From: Flavobacteriales bacterium | Lineage (GTDB): Bacteria; Bacteroidota; Bacteroidia; Flavobacteriales_D; Sanyastnellaceae | DNA: 64,000 nucleotides | Direction of reading: 5' to 3' | Assembly (NCBI GenBank): GCA_016780385.1 | Contig: JADHLY010000001.1 | Location: 37,498-101,497 of the forward strand | In this document: positions 1-9,800 of the stretch, piece by piece | Layout of the letters: the number at the start of each line of letters is the position of its first letter | Position numbering within the stretch: position 1 is the stretch's first letter | Notes under the pieces: model-generated | What the model was told of the DNA's origin: nothing | Database searches by the model: none | Seen by the model: the letters and a program-made list of their open reading frames with translations, nothing else | Translations under genes and position numbers: made by a program

Positions 1-208
1 CGGTCGCACCAATGCACAAAACGAAGAGGGCAATGGTCAAATACCAAGTGGCCTTTTCCAAGAAATCGGTGGTGCGCTGGACGCCTCCAATCTTTCCTGC
101 TGACTCAAATCCGGAGGCAAGTCCCGTGCCCTTGGGGTTCTGTACGAGGATCACCGCGCCCAACAAAATGGCGATAATCAGGATAAGAACGAGAAGAATG
201 TAGCCCAT
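1..208 (-). CDS. secG: Preprotein translocase subunit SecG (3' end runs off the window edge)
   Basis: Not in the ORF track because it is open at the window edge. My reverse-strand translation from the ATG at 208 gives MGYILLVLILIIAILLGAVILVQNPKGTGLASGFESAGKIGGVQRTTDFLEKATWYLTIALFVLCIGAT... This has an N-terminal TM helix, the SecG-type 'Q..KG.GL...FG' loop and a second TM helix. The 12..203 (+) ORF is its antisense shadow. Confidence 0.85.
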   Translation of the reverse strand, partial: MGYILLVLILIIAILLGAVILVQNPKGTGLASGFESAGKIGGVQRTTDFLEKATWYLTIALFVLCIGAT

Positions 209-265
209 AATGTGGTGTTCAATTGAAGTCTAAATCCGCTGTTAACTCAGCAATAACTGGGTTTT

Positions 266-1462
266 TCAGTCATCGGCTGCCTTTCGGCCAAGCTTCTGGG
301 ATTGGGCGGCAAAATAAACGCTTTTCTCCGGGTATTTCAAGGCCAAAAGCTTGTAAGCCCGTCGGGCCCGCCCAATTTGTCCTTGTCCAGCGTAAATCCG
401 CGCCATGGTTTCGGTGATCAAAGAAGCGTCTTCGACGAGGCTCTCCTTGGCCAATTCCTTGACGCCTTTGTGCTCCACTTCCGGGCGTATGGGCCCGATG
501 GTGGGCTCGTTTCGGATAAACAAATCAATCAGGGCCGCCTGCTGCTCGAGTCCCCCTGGAGCGGACTCAATTTCCGAAGCCGCGCCCTCTGCACTGGCAT
601 CCATCACCGCCTCAATTTGCTCAGCAGCCGTCCGCAAATTCTCCGAAGAACGCTGTGCCGCCACACCTTCCGCAAAACCCGTTTCACGGCCCCGCTCGAA
701 CGCCCAACGGGCCAACGGCGAAAGGCTCGAGACGTCCACCGCATCCGCAGGGTTTTCCTCTGTGATCTCACCCGCGAGGCCAAAAGCAAACCCTCCGGCT
801 CCTGTATTTCCTTCGGATCCGGCCTCCTTGGTGTCTTGGTGGGGCAACTCCAAATTGTCGGAGGAGAGGTCGCTGATCTCCTTCTCAATGCTGCGCTCAA
901 TCGCGCCCAGCACCACCTCGCGGGCCAACGTGCCCGGCTCCGGAATGACCACCTCGGTGGCTTTGTCTTCTGTTGCTTGCGCTTCCTCTTCTTCTGCCTC
1001 GTCAAAATCTGACAAAGGTGTGACTCGCTCCCCTCCCTCATCGGGATCTTGGACCGAAGCCTCCTCCGTCCCCGCTGCAGCAGTGGTGGTATCCTCTTCA
1101 CCAGCGGGATGCCAGCGCAAGCGCAAGGCTTCTTCCACTTCCGGCTCGAGCGCCTCTACCGCACGGGCGAACGATGCAATCTCCCCTTCGATTCCTGCAC
1201 GGAACAACAAATCAAACAAGCGGCCTGGCTCAGAGGAGAACACCGCCGCCTCGGTCAGCCGGTCCGCAGCAGAAAGTGCGCGTGTCTCCCGCGCCGTCTT
1301 GGCACGCAGCATGCGGCCCGCGCCAAACGCAGGGTAGGCCTCCACCCATCGGTCAAGGGTACTGGCCCACTCTTCCCATGAGACGGCCTGTTCCGCGCCA
1401 TCGCCTCCGCGCACGGCGTCAAGGAGTGCCCCCAACCGCTTCGTTTCCGTTGATTCGTTCAT
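266..1462 (-). CDS. Acidic hypothetical protein with C-terminal TPR-like helix pair
   Basis: 398-aa ORF with GC-rich third codon positions and a long E/D/A/T-rich low-complexity centre. The C-terminus TETMARIYAGQGQIGRARRAYKLLALKYPEKSVYFAAQ looks like a single TPR. It sits directly upstream of secG. Function unknown. Confidence 0.6.
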   Translation of the reverse strand: MNESTETKRLGALLDAVRGGDGAEQAVSWEEWASTLDRWVEAYPAFGAGRMLRAKTARETRALSAADRLTEAAVFSSEPGRLFDLLFRAGIEGEIASFARAVEALEPEVEEALRLRWHPAGEEDTTTAAAGTEEASVQDPDEGGERVTPLSDFDEAEEEEAQATEDKATEVVIPEPGTLAREVVLGAIERSIEKEISDLSSDNLELPHQDTKEAGSEGNTGAGGFAFGLAGEITEENPADAVDVSSLSPLARWAFERGRETGFAEGVAAQRSSENLRTAAEQIEAVMDASAEGAASEIESAPGGLEQQAALIDLFIRNEPTIGPIRPEVEHKGVKELAKESLVEDASLITETMARIYAGQGQIGRARRAYKLLALKYPEKSVYFAAQSQKLGRKAADD

Positions 1463-1487
1463 CCGTGGCGCAATATGCGAAGGCGGC

Positions 1488-2003
1488 TCACCAATTTCCG
1501 AGGCTCGCGTTGAACACTTCTTGGGTCAGTTGTTCGTTGATCTCCTCCACCAATTCAGATTCCACATCGAACAAGTCACTCGTCGCCGGGAAATCGGCGA
1601 AACGACTGAAGGTCCGTTCAAAACCAAGATCGGCCTCCACGATGTGGACATACTGGACCTGGACCTGCATAGTGAGTCGGTTTTGCGAAGCCACTTCTTG
1701 ACCGCCGGCCACCGCACTCGTCGACACGTCATAGCCTACGATGCGCCCGCTGTATTGGATGTCGCCACCCTCAGCCACCCACTGGAGGGTGCTCTGCCGC
1801 TGAATCAAATCCTTCAAAGCTTCGGTAAACTGTTGTCCAACTTCCGGACCTGCCAAGGGCGCCACCGGAGTGAAATAGTCCACCGAAAAAGTCCGGGCAC
1901 CGGCCGTCTGTGCACCGTACGGTGTGTAGACACCGCAGCCGCCCCCCACCAACAGAACCGCGATGACGGCGGCACACCACAATTTGTGCAACACCTGCTT
2001 CAT
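1488..2003 (-). CDS. LptE-like LPS-assembly lipoprotein (171 aa)
   Basis: The internal ATG at 2003 overlaps the stop of the upstream gene (ATGA). [25 protein letters not shown] is a signal peptide with a lipobox Cys. Size and position (between the sigma-54 activator and secG) fit the LptE family. The 240-aa track form would overlap the activator gene by about 210 nt. Confidence 0.55.
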   Translation of the reverse strand: MKQVLHKLWCAAVIAVLLVGGGCGVYTPYGAQTAGARTFSVDYFTPVAPLAGPEVGQQFTEALKDLIQRQSTLQWVAEGGDIQYSGRIVGYDVSTSAVAGGQEVASQNRLTMQVQVQYVHIVEADLGFERTFSRFADFPATSDLFDVESELVEEINEQLTQEVFNASLGNW

Positions 2004-3253
2004 TTGAGGCCGAATTCCTTGATTTTGCGGTACAGCGTCCTTTCGGAAATGCCCAACTCCGCGGCGGCTTGCTTCCGGCGGTGACCGTGCTTGACCAAGG
2101 CCCGTTGGATCAATTCCCGCTCGCTGTCCAACAAGGACAGGGACTCCTCCACCTCCGTGGATTCCGCAAAAGCCTCGGGGTCTCCTGTCTCTGTGCGGGT
2201 CGCCGCCCAAGCAGGTTCTGCACCCGCCCGTTCTGGCAGCAGCAATAAGTCCGTGCCTTCTTGTTCGCCAAACACCCGGTTGACCAAGGACTGGTCTTCG
2301 CTGGATCCCGCATCGATCTTGCCCTCCTGTATCATCTTGAGCACAAGCGACTTCAAATCGTGGAGGTCCGACTTCATCTCGAACAGCAGCTTGTAGAGGA
2401 TCTCACGCTCGTTCAATCCCGGACCTGCGCCCTCCTGCCCGTCCACCGGGATTTTGGCGAGGTCTCGGCGCGGCAACTCAGGCAGGTAATCCAACAGCCG
2501 GTCCGCATCCACGGCACGCTCTGTTTCGATGGCGCTGATTTGCTCCGCGATGTTCTTGAGTTGGCGCACGTTGCCCGGCCAAGGGTAGCGCTGCAGCAAT
2601 TCAACCGCCTCGGGCCCCAATCGGATGGGCGGCATGTGGTGGCGCTCGCTGAAGTCCCCGGTAAACTTGCGGAACAACAGGTGGATGTCCATGCCCCGGT
2701 CGCGGAGCGGCGGCAGCATGAGCGGCACCTGGTTCAAACGGTAGTACAGGTCCTCGCGGAATTTGCCGTCCACCATCGCCTGATCGAAATCGAGATTGGT
2801 GGCGGCCACCACGCGGACATCCGTCTTGCGCACCTTGGAGGAACCCACACGCAGGTATTCACCTGTCTCCAATACCCGAAGGAGGCGGGCCTGAGTGGCC
2901 AAGGGCAATTCGCCCACCTCATCGAGAAAGACCGTCCCACCGTCGGCCTCTTCAAAATACCCTTTACGCGCCTCGTGGGCACCAGTAAAACTGCCCTTCT
3001 CGTGACCGAATAGCTCCGAATCAATGGTGCCTTCAGGAATGGCACCGCAGTTTACCGCGATGTACGGACCGTGCTTGCGCGCGCTGTGGTGGTGGATGAT
3101 CTTGGGCAGGGCCTCTTTACCGGTGCCGGATTCGCCGCGCACCAGCACCGTAATGTCGGCAGGGGCCACCCGGACAGCTGTCGCCAGCGCACGCTCTAGC
3201 GCCGGGCTGGTGCCCACAATGCCAAAACGGGTTTTGACGCTCTGCAGGTTCAT
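2000..3253 (-). CDS. Sigma-54-dependent transcriptional activator (AAA+ plus Fis-type HTH, no N-terminal sensor domain)
   Basis: Walker A GESGTGKE lies about 40 aa from the N-terminus. GSFTGA is a GAFTGA-loop variant; also DEVGELP Walker B, R-finger region and C-terminal [20 protein letters not shown]. Confidence 0.9.
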   Translation of the reverse strand: MNLQSVKTRFGIVGTSPALERALATAVRVAPADITVLVRGESGTGKEALPKIIHHHSARKHGPYIAVNCGAIPEGTIDSELFGHEKGSFTGAHEARKGYFEEADGGTVFLDEVGELPLATQARLLRVLETGEYLRVGSSKVRKTDVRVVAATNLDFDQAMVDGKFREDLYYRLNQVPLMLPPLRDRGMDIHLLFRKFTGDFSERHHMPPIRLGPEAVELLQRYPWPGNVRQLKNIAEQISAIETERAVDADRLLDYLPELPRRDLAKIPVDGQEGAGPGLNEREILYKLLFEMKSDLHDLKSLVLKMIQEGKIDAGSSEDQSLVNRVFGEQEGTDLLLLPERAGAEPAWAATRTETGDPEAFAESTEVEESLSLLDSERELIQRALVKHGHRRKQAAAELGISERTLYRKIKEFGLK

Positions 3254-4707
3254 GCGATATACCCTTCGGCTTTGGCTTCGGCCTCCGTGATCAATTCACC
3301 GCGCAATGTCACCGCCGTATGGTCGGTCGCACGGACGTAGACATATTGCCCGGCTTGGGCCTCTTGCTTCGGAAAGACCACCACCGTGTTGTACGTGTTG
3401 CGCCCTTGGAACTCCTCTGAGTTTCTTTTGGACGGCCCCTCCACGAGGACGCGGTATACCTTGCCACTCTGGGCGGCTGTGCGCTCACGGCTGTGTTCCT
3501 GTTGCAAGGCGATGATTTCGGAAAGGCGGCGGCCTTTTTCTTCCTCGGAAACATCGTCCTCAAACTTCCGCTCGGCCAAAGTGCGCGGACGCTCGCTGTA
3601 CTTGAACATGTACGCCATTTCGTACCGCACCTCCCGCATCAACGACAAAGTCGCCCCGTGCTGTTCCTCGGTCTCGCCACAGAATCCGGCGATGACATCC
3701 GTACTGATCGCACAATCCGGCATGATCCGACGGATCGCGGCAATGCGGTCGAGGTACCACTCGCGGGTGTAGCCGCGGTTCATCCGCTTTAGGACATCGC
3801 TGTCACCGGACTGCACCGGCAGGTGGATATACTTGCACAGGTTGTCCTTGCGGGCCATCACCTCGAGCACCTCATCGGTCATGTCCTTGGGGTGAGAGGT
3901 CGAAAAGCGCACGCGCAAGTCAGGATTCACCTCTGAGACAAGATCCATCAATTGGGCAAACCGCACTACGGGCTCCTCCGGGTCCTTGACCTGCCCTTTG
4001 GCGTCAACGTTCCACTTGTAGGAGTCCACGTTTTGGCCCAACAAGGTCACCTCGCGGTATCCCTTGGCAAACAAATCATGGGCTTCGGCCACGATGCTCT
4101 TGGGATCCCTGCTCCGCTCTCGGCCCCTGGTAAAGGGCACCACACAAAAGCTGCACATGTTGTCACACCCCCTCATGATGGAAATGAAGGCGGTCACACC
4201 TTTGTCGTCCAGCCGGACCGGCTGAATTTCTGCATAGGTCTCCTCTCGGCTGAGCAAAGTGTTCACCGCTTTCTGGCCACCCTCCACCTCGTCAACGAGG
4301 CGCGGCAGGTCACGGTAAGCATCAGGCCCCACCACCAGGTCCACGAGTTTTTCTTGCTCGAGCAGCTGGTCGCGCAAACGCTCAGCCATACAGCCCAGAA
4401 TGCCCACTTTCAAATTTGGATTGTCCCGCTTGCCTTGCTTGAGGCGCTGCAAACGGTGACGGATCCGCTGTTCGGCATTGTCACGAATGGAGCAGGTATT
4501 GAGCAGAATCAAATCTGCTTCATCCTCCTGCTGCGTTGTGGCAAAACCAGCCTCCGCCAAGATGCTCGCCACGATTTCGCTGTCGCTGAAGTTCATTTGG
4601 CAACCGTAGCTCTCCAGATAGAGCTTGCGTCCACCTTGGCCGCCAGGTCGTGGGCCTATGGCCTCACCCTGTCTCTGTTCATCAATCGTGTGGTTACCGG
4701 GTCTCAT
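3250..4707 (-). CDS. miaB: tRNA-i6A37 methylthiotransferase MiaB (radical SAM)
   Basis: N-terminal UPF0004 motif [14 protein letters not shown], radical-SAM cluster motif [12 protein letters not shown] and a C-terminal TRAM-like end. 4-nt overlap with the downstream activator gene. Confidence 0.9.
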   Translation of the reverse strand: MRPGNHTIDEQRQGEAIGPRPGGQGGRKLYLESYGCQMNFSDSEIVASILAEAGFATTQQEDEADLILLNTCSIRDNAEQRIRHRLQRLKQGKRDNPNLKVGILGCMAERLRDQLLEQEKLVDLVVGPDAYRDLPRLVDEVEGGQKAVNTLLSREETYAEIQPVRLDDKGVTAFISIMRGCDNMCSFCVVPFTRGRERSRDPKSIVAEAHDLFAKGYREVTLLGQNVDSYKWNVDAKGQVKDPEEPVVRFAQLMDLVSEVNPDLRVRFSTSHPKDMTDEVLEVMARKDNLCKYIHLPVQSGDSDVLKRMNRGYTREWYLDRIAAIRRIMPDCAISTDVIAGFCGETEEQHGATLSLMREVRYEMAYMFKYSERPRTLAERKFEDDVSEEEKGRRLSEIIALQQEHSRERTAAQSGKVYRVLVEGPSKRNSEEFQGRNTYNTVVVFPKQEAQAGQYVYVRATDHTAVTLRGELITEAEAKAEGYIA

Positions 4708-4896
4708 CGTGGAAATTCAATGCAGTGGGAGACAAAACTACCCCAAACCTGACAACGTGTCAGTTCATGCCTCGCCAAATTTCCCTGCGCCTACGGCGGG
4801 AGCAGATGAAACTTTTGTGTCAGATGACAAGTACACCCCTGCCGCATTGGAAATCAGAGTTTGTCGCTTCCTTTGCCGATTCGAATCAACCCGAAA

Positions 4897-7353
4897 ATGA
4901 GCAAGAACCTCGTCATAGTGGAGTCGCCGGCCAAGGCCAAGACCATTGAAGGATACCTCGGTGGTGATTACGTGGTGCGCTCCAGTTACGGACACATCCG
5001 GGATTTGCCCGGTGGTCAGCTGGCCGTTGATGTGGAAAATGGATTCATGCCCACCTACGAGTTGACGGCCGACAAAGGCCGGTTCAGCGAACTCAAGAAA
5101 CTGGCCAAGGCTGCCCAAACGGTCTGGCTCGCGACGGATGAGGACCGCGAGGGAGAAGCCATCAGCTGGCACCTGCAGGAGGCCCTGCAACTGCCAGAGG
5201 AAAAGACGAAGCGCATCGTTTTTTCAGAGATCACCAAAAACGCGATCCTGAAGGCCATCGAAAACCCCAGGGAGGTCAACATGCCCTTGGTCATGGCCCA
5301 GCAGGCCCGCCGGGTGCTTGACCGCCTTGTCGGATATGAGCTCTCTCCAGTGTTGTGGAAGAAGGTCCGCCCATCGCTGTCTGCTGGACGGGTGCAGAGC
5401 GTCACCGTTCGCCTCATCGTGGACCGTGAACGCGAAATCCTTTCTTTCCAGCCAGAGGGTTACTACAAGGTATCGGCCCAACTCGAAACGGCCGGCCAAG
5501 GATTCAAGGCTGACCTCAACAAGCGCATTGGCGATCCGGATACAGCAGAGGCCATTTTGAAGTCAGCGCACGGAGCTGCCCTGAAAGCGGACCGCGTCGA
5601 ACGGAAGCCCACCAACCGTAAGCCCGCAGCCCCCTTTACCACCTCCACACTCCAACAAGAGGCCGCGAGGAAACTGGGATTCACAGTGTCCCGCACCATG
5701 CAAGTGGCCCAGCGCCTCTACGAAAGCGGACGCATCACTTACATGCGTACCGACTCCACAAACTTGTCGGACGTCGCCCTCGATGGCGCCAAAGCGCACA
5801 TCCTCGGCACATACGGCGAGGAATACCATATGCTCCGCACCTTCAAGACGAAGAACGCCGGTGCACAAGAGGCACACGAAGCGATTCGCCCCACTGATTT
5901 GGGCCGCACCGAGGTGTCCGGGGAATCCGATGAGCAGCGCCTGTACCAATTGATCTTCAAGCGCACCCTCGCCAGCCAGATGGCAGATGCCATCATCGAA
6001 AAAACAACGGTGGACATCCACCTGCCCGGCCGAGAAGAAATGCTCGTCGCCCGTGGAGAAGCCATCCAGTTCGACGGCTTCATGAAGGTCTACCTCGAAG
6101 GCACCGACGAAGAAAAAGAAGAGCGGGGCATGCTGCCGCGCATGGAACAAGGCGCATCCCTGAACCTCAGGGAGATGAAGGCCATCGAGCGGTTTACCAA
6201 GCCCACAGCCCGTTTCAGCGAGGCTGCGCTGGTCAAGAAGCTCGAAGAACTCCAGATTGGACGTCCTTCAACTTACGCCAGCACCATTGCCACCATCCAG
6301 AAACGCGGATACGTGGTCAAGGAGGACCGCGAGGGCAAGGAGCGAGCATTCAACTCCATGACCCTGCAGGCCGACGGCACGGTGCACTCCGAACAAGAGA
6401 AGGAAATGGCCGGATCTGAGCGCAACAAGATGTTCCCTACGGACATCGGCAATGTGGTCACCGACTTCCTCCAAGAACACTTCGCCTCCATCATGGACTT
6501 CCAGTTCACCGCCAAGGTCGAGCAGGAGTTTGACGACATCGCCGCCGGAAAAGACGATTGGCAGCGCATGGTCAAGGCCTTCTACACCCCTTTCAACAGC
6601 CAAATTCAAGAGACCACCGAGAACGCCAAGCGCGCCAGTGGTGAGCGCGTATTGGGCGTCGACCCCGCTTCGGGCAAGATGGTCCTCGTGCGCATCGGCC
6701 TCTATGGCCCCCTGGCGCAAATCGGCGCACCCGACGATGAGGGAAAGCAATTTGCCTCCTTGCTCAAAGGACAGACCCTCGAGGGCATCACGCTGGAGGA
6801 AGCGCTCAAGCTCTTCGAACTGCCGCGCGACCTGGGCACATTCGAAGACAAGAAGGTCGTCGCGGCGATTGGCCGTTTTGGGCCCTATGTGCGCCACGAC
6901 GGGAAGTTCGTCAGCATCCCCAAGGACAGCGAATACACGCCGTACGACATTCCTTTGGACTACGCCATAGAAATGGTCAAGGCTAAGCGAGAGGCCGATG
7001 CCAAGGCGTTACTCAAGACTTTCGACGAAGATCCCGACACCCTTATCATCATGGGGCGCTGGGGGCCCTATATCAAGGCGGGCAAGGACAACGTCAAGAT
7101 TCCTAAAGGCGAAGACGTCGACAGCATCGACTGGGCCCGTGTGGAACAATTGAAGGCCGGTGTGATCAAGGCTTTTGCCGAGGACGACAAGTGGACCATC
7201 CGCTTAAAGGGCCGCCAGTACTACCTCGTGGCCGACAAGAAGTCGGTGCGTATCCCTGTTGGAGAGAAGATCTTGGAGATGGACTGGGCCCGCGCTCAGG
7301 AAATCATCAAGGGAACGGCGAAAAAGTCTCCCAAGGCCAAGAAAAAGTCCTGA
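4897..7353 (+). CDS. topA: DNA topoisomerase I
   Basis: Toprim start MSKNLVIVESPAKAKTIEGYLG at the ATG at 4897 (the track ORF starts at an upstream TTG at 4861). Also DEDREGEAISWH, the active-site region ITYMRTDS, and a Bacteroidota-type long C-terminal domain with a Lys-rich tail. Confidence 0.95.
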   Translation: MSKNLVIVESPAKAKTIEGYLGGDYVVRSSYGHIRDLPGGQLAVDVENGFMPTYELTADKGRFSELKKLAKAAQTVWLATDEDREGEAISWHLQEALQLPEEKTKRIVFSEITKNAILKAIENPREVNMPLVMAQQARRVLDRLVGYELSPVLWKKVRPSLSAGRVQSVTVRLIVDREREILSFQPEGYYKVSAQLETAGQGFKADLNKRIGDPDTAEAILKSAHGAALKADRVERKPTNRKPAAPFTTSTLQQEAARKLGFTVSRTMQVAQRLYESGRITYMRTDSTNLSDVALDGAKAHILGTYGEEYHMLRTFKTKNAGAQEAHEAIRPTDLGRTEVSGESDEQRLYQLIFKRTLASQMADAIIEKTTVDIHLPGREEMLVARGEAIQFDGFMKVYLEGTDEEKEERGMLPRMEQGASLNLREMKAIERFTKPTARFSEAALVKKLEELQIGRPSTYASTIATIQKRGYVVKEDREGKERAFNSMTLQADGTVHSEQEKEMAGSERNKMFPTDIGNVVTDFLQEHFASIMDFQFTAKVEQEFDDIAAGKDDWQRMVKAFYTPFNSQIQETTENAKRASGERVLGVDPASGKMVLVRIGLYGPLAQIGAPDDEGKQFASLLKGQTLEGITLEEALKLFELPRDLGTFEDKKVVAAIGRFGPYVRHDGKFVSIPKDSEYTPYDIPLDYAIEMVKAKREADAKALLKTFDEDPDTLIIMGRWGPYIKAGKDNVKIPKGEDVDSIDWARVEQLKAGVIKAFAEDDKWTIRLKGRQYYLVADKKSVRIPVGEKILEMDWARAQEIIKGTAKKSPKAKKKS

Positions 7354-7377
7354 CGGCGGCGATTAGCTTGCCGTTCT

Positions 7378-8544
7378 ATGGAGTCCATCTTTGATTGGGT
7401 TGAACCCACCGAAGCCGGCCTGTTCGACATTTCGGACGGCGTCGACCGCATGCGGGATGTCTTGCGCATTCACCGCGCAGGAGAACGCCCCGACCTCGAT
7501 GGTTGTGTAGCCGCCCTTGTGGGGGTAATGGACCGGCGCGGGAGTGCTGATGGCGCGCAGACCGACCGCGCAGCAGAATGGGTGCGGGGCAAATTTTACG
7601 GACTGACCGCGATGGACCGCTGGGCCCCAGTGGCCGACCTCGGCAACATCACCGCTGGGCAGACACCAGAGGACACCATGGCCGCCCTAGACGTGGTGTG
7701 TCAAGAGCTCATGATGCGCGGCATCGTTCCTGTGGTCATCGGAGGGTCGCAAGTCCAGACCATCCCGATGTACAAGGCCTTTGCCGGACAGGACCGCCCC
7801 ATCAATGTGGCCGTGGTCGATGCGTCAGTGGACTTTGGTGGTGACCCGCAGGTCGTAGACGGACGGAACTGGCTGAACCAGCTCATCCTGCCCGAAGGCG
7901 GACACCTGTTTGACCTCAATACCCTGGGCCACCAGCGCTACCTCGTCGACGGAGACAGCCTGCAGCTGATGAACCGGATGCACTTCGACAACATCCGTCT
8001 CGGGCAACTTCGCGCAGAGATCACCATCGCCGAACCCGTGCTGCGTGACGCCGACCTGGTCTCCTTCGATGCCAGCGCCGTGCGCGCAGCTGACCATCCG
8101 GCCACCCAACAAGCCAGGCCCAATGGACTCATCGGCGAAGAGTTCTGCCAACTGGCGCGCTATGCGGGATACAGTGACCGGTTGTCTGCCGTCGGGTTTT
8201 TCGAACACGACCCTTCCAAGGATGGAGATGGCCGGGGTGGACAATTGATGGCTGAAGCCGTTTGGTGTTTCCTAGAAGGCGTCATGCACCGCATGGGCGA
8301 TCATCCGCGCGGCACGACCGATGACTATGTGCAGTATCGGGTCATGCTCGAGGACCAAGACCACGAAGTCGTGTTTTACAAGAGCCCGCGCAGTGACCGT
8401 TGGTGGATGGACATTCCCACACCGGGATCGGGCAACCGAAAAGGCCGCGTCTTGCTGGTCCCCTGTACCTATGCCGATTACCAACTGGCTGCAGAAGGTC
8501 AGCTTCCGGATCGCTGGTGGCGCACCCAGCAAAAGCTATCCTGA
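7378..8544 (+). CDS. Arginase/formimidoylglutamase-family protein
   Basis: 388-aa ORF with ureohydrolase-like segments (VVIGGSQ..., VAVVDASVDFGG, LVSFDASAV). Substrate not assignable. Confidence 0.55.
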   Translation: MESIFDWVEPTEAGLFDISDGVDRMRDVLRIHRAGERPDLDGCVAALVGVMDRRGSADGAQTDRAAEWVRGKFYGLTAMDRWAPVADLGNITAGQTPEDTMAALDVVCQELMMRGIVPVVIGGSQVQTIPMYKAFAGQDRPINVAVVDASVDFGGDPQVVDGRNWLNQLILPEGGHLFDLNTLGHQRYLVDGDSLQLMNRMHFDNIRLGQLRAEITIAEPVLRDADLVSFDASAVRAADHPATQQARPNGLIGEEFCQLARYAGYSDRLSAVGFFEHDPSKDGDGRGGQLMAEAVWCFLEGVMHRMGDHPRGTTDDYVQYRVMLEDQDHEVVFYKSPRSDRWWMDIPTPGSGNRKGRVLLVPCTYADYQLAAEGQLPDRWWRTQQKLS

Positions 8545-8743
8545 ACGACGCCGGCTTAGAGCGCCCACTCCTCAGCAGCGAGCGGGCATTGCACGCGCCA
8601 TCCTTCATTGTCATCCGTTGGAAATCAGCGATGAGGCAGGGATAATGCAGTTTGCAGGCGCAATCCTTGGTCATTTTCGGTATATTAGCCGACCACCCTC
8701 GGGTGACTTTATCAAGGAACCTATTGAAAATCAGCTGATTGGA

Positions 8744-9694
8744 ATGAATCGCCAACTGCTCGCACTGTCTGTAGTCCTCTTCAGCCTCACGGCTGCGGCC
8801 CAACAGGACCCACAACTCACCCAATTCTATCAGGACAGACTGTCCTTCAACCCCGCGTTTGCGGGTGCGGAGCGCTTACAGTACGTCAGTGCCTTTTACC
8901 GGGACCAGTGGAACGGCTTGGAGACCAATCCACAGACGACCCTCGTCCAATACAACGGCAAGCCCGGGTTCATCCCTGGCGGCATCGGCTTGAGCTTCTT
9001 TCAGGACAAGCTGGGTCAAGAAGAAAACACCGTCGTTAAACTGGCTTACGCGTACCACATGGAACCCGATGCCAATGGTGGTATCCTGAGCCTGGGACTC
9101 GCAGCCAACTACATGGGCAAGACACTCGGCAACGAGTGGGTCTATATTGATGAGGGCGATGCCGTCATCCCTCAGAGCTCCAAAAGCGGCACGACCGTGG
9201 ATGCTGACCTGGGCGTGATGTACCGGGTACCCGGTAGCTACTATGCCGGCATCAGCACGACGCGCCTCGCCGCCACCGACCTCAAGGACCTCAACATTTC
9301 CAGTGTGCGTCACCTCTACTTGCAAGCCGGCTATGAGCAAGGCTTGGGAGACGGTTCCCTGCGCTTGCGCTCACACCTCCTCGCGAAGACGGACCTGAAT
9401 GCCACCACTGTAGACATCCACGCCAATGTGTTGTGGAACGACCTCCTTTACGGCGGCGTCTCCTTCCGTCCAGGTGATGCTGTGGCCCCCGTGCTCGGAT
9501 TCGAGTATGGCACCACCAAAAACGAAAAGCTGACCCGTTCCGAGCAGATTTTCCGCTTTGGATACAGTTATGATGCCACTGTCAGTGAGTTGACCAACTA
9601 CAGCAGTGGATCACACGAAATTTTCGTCTCGTATATGTTCAACTTCGAACGCATTCCGATGCAAACCCGTCACGTAAATCCGCGCTTCTTGTAA
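8744..9694 (+). CDS. porP: PorP/SprF-family type IX secretion membrane protein
   Basis: Real start at the ATG at 8744: MNRQLLALSVVLFSLTAAAQQDPQLTQFYQDRLSFNPAFAG is the characteristic PorP/SprF N-terminus. Beta-barrel-like alternation follows, ending ...HVNPRFL. The upstream 141 codons of the track ORF overlap the arginase-family gene and are not coding. Confidence 0.85.
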   Translation: MNRQLLALSVVLFSLTAAAQQDPQLTQFYQDRLSFNPAFAGAERLQYVSAFYRDQWNGLETNPQTTLVQYNGKPGFIPGGIGLSFFQDKLGQEENTVVKLAYAYHMEPDANGGILSLGLAANYMGKTLGNEWVYIDEGDAVIPQSSKSGTTVDADLGVMYRVPGSYYAGISTTRLAATDLKDLNISSVRHLYLQAGYEQGLGDGSLRLRSHLLAKTDLNATTVDIHANVLWNDLLYGGVSFRPGDAVAPVLGFEYGTTKNEKLTRSEQIFRFGYSYDATVSELTNYSSGSHEIFVSYMFNFERIPMQTRHVNPRFL

Positions 9695-9800
9695 GCCGAA
9701 TGCACGAAATGACGAAACCTGTACGTTAAATCCTGCGTATCCCCGGGACCTGCAACCCGTGAATACCATTTGGAATCACGTTCGACAAAGGATAGAAACC

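Noticed and set aside
12-203. 63-aa plus-strand ORF at the window start
   Set aside because: The opposite strand encodes an obvious SecG N-terminus starting at 208, so the plus ORF is its shadow.
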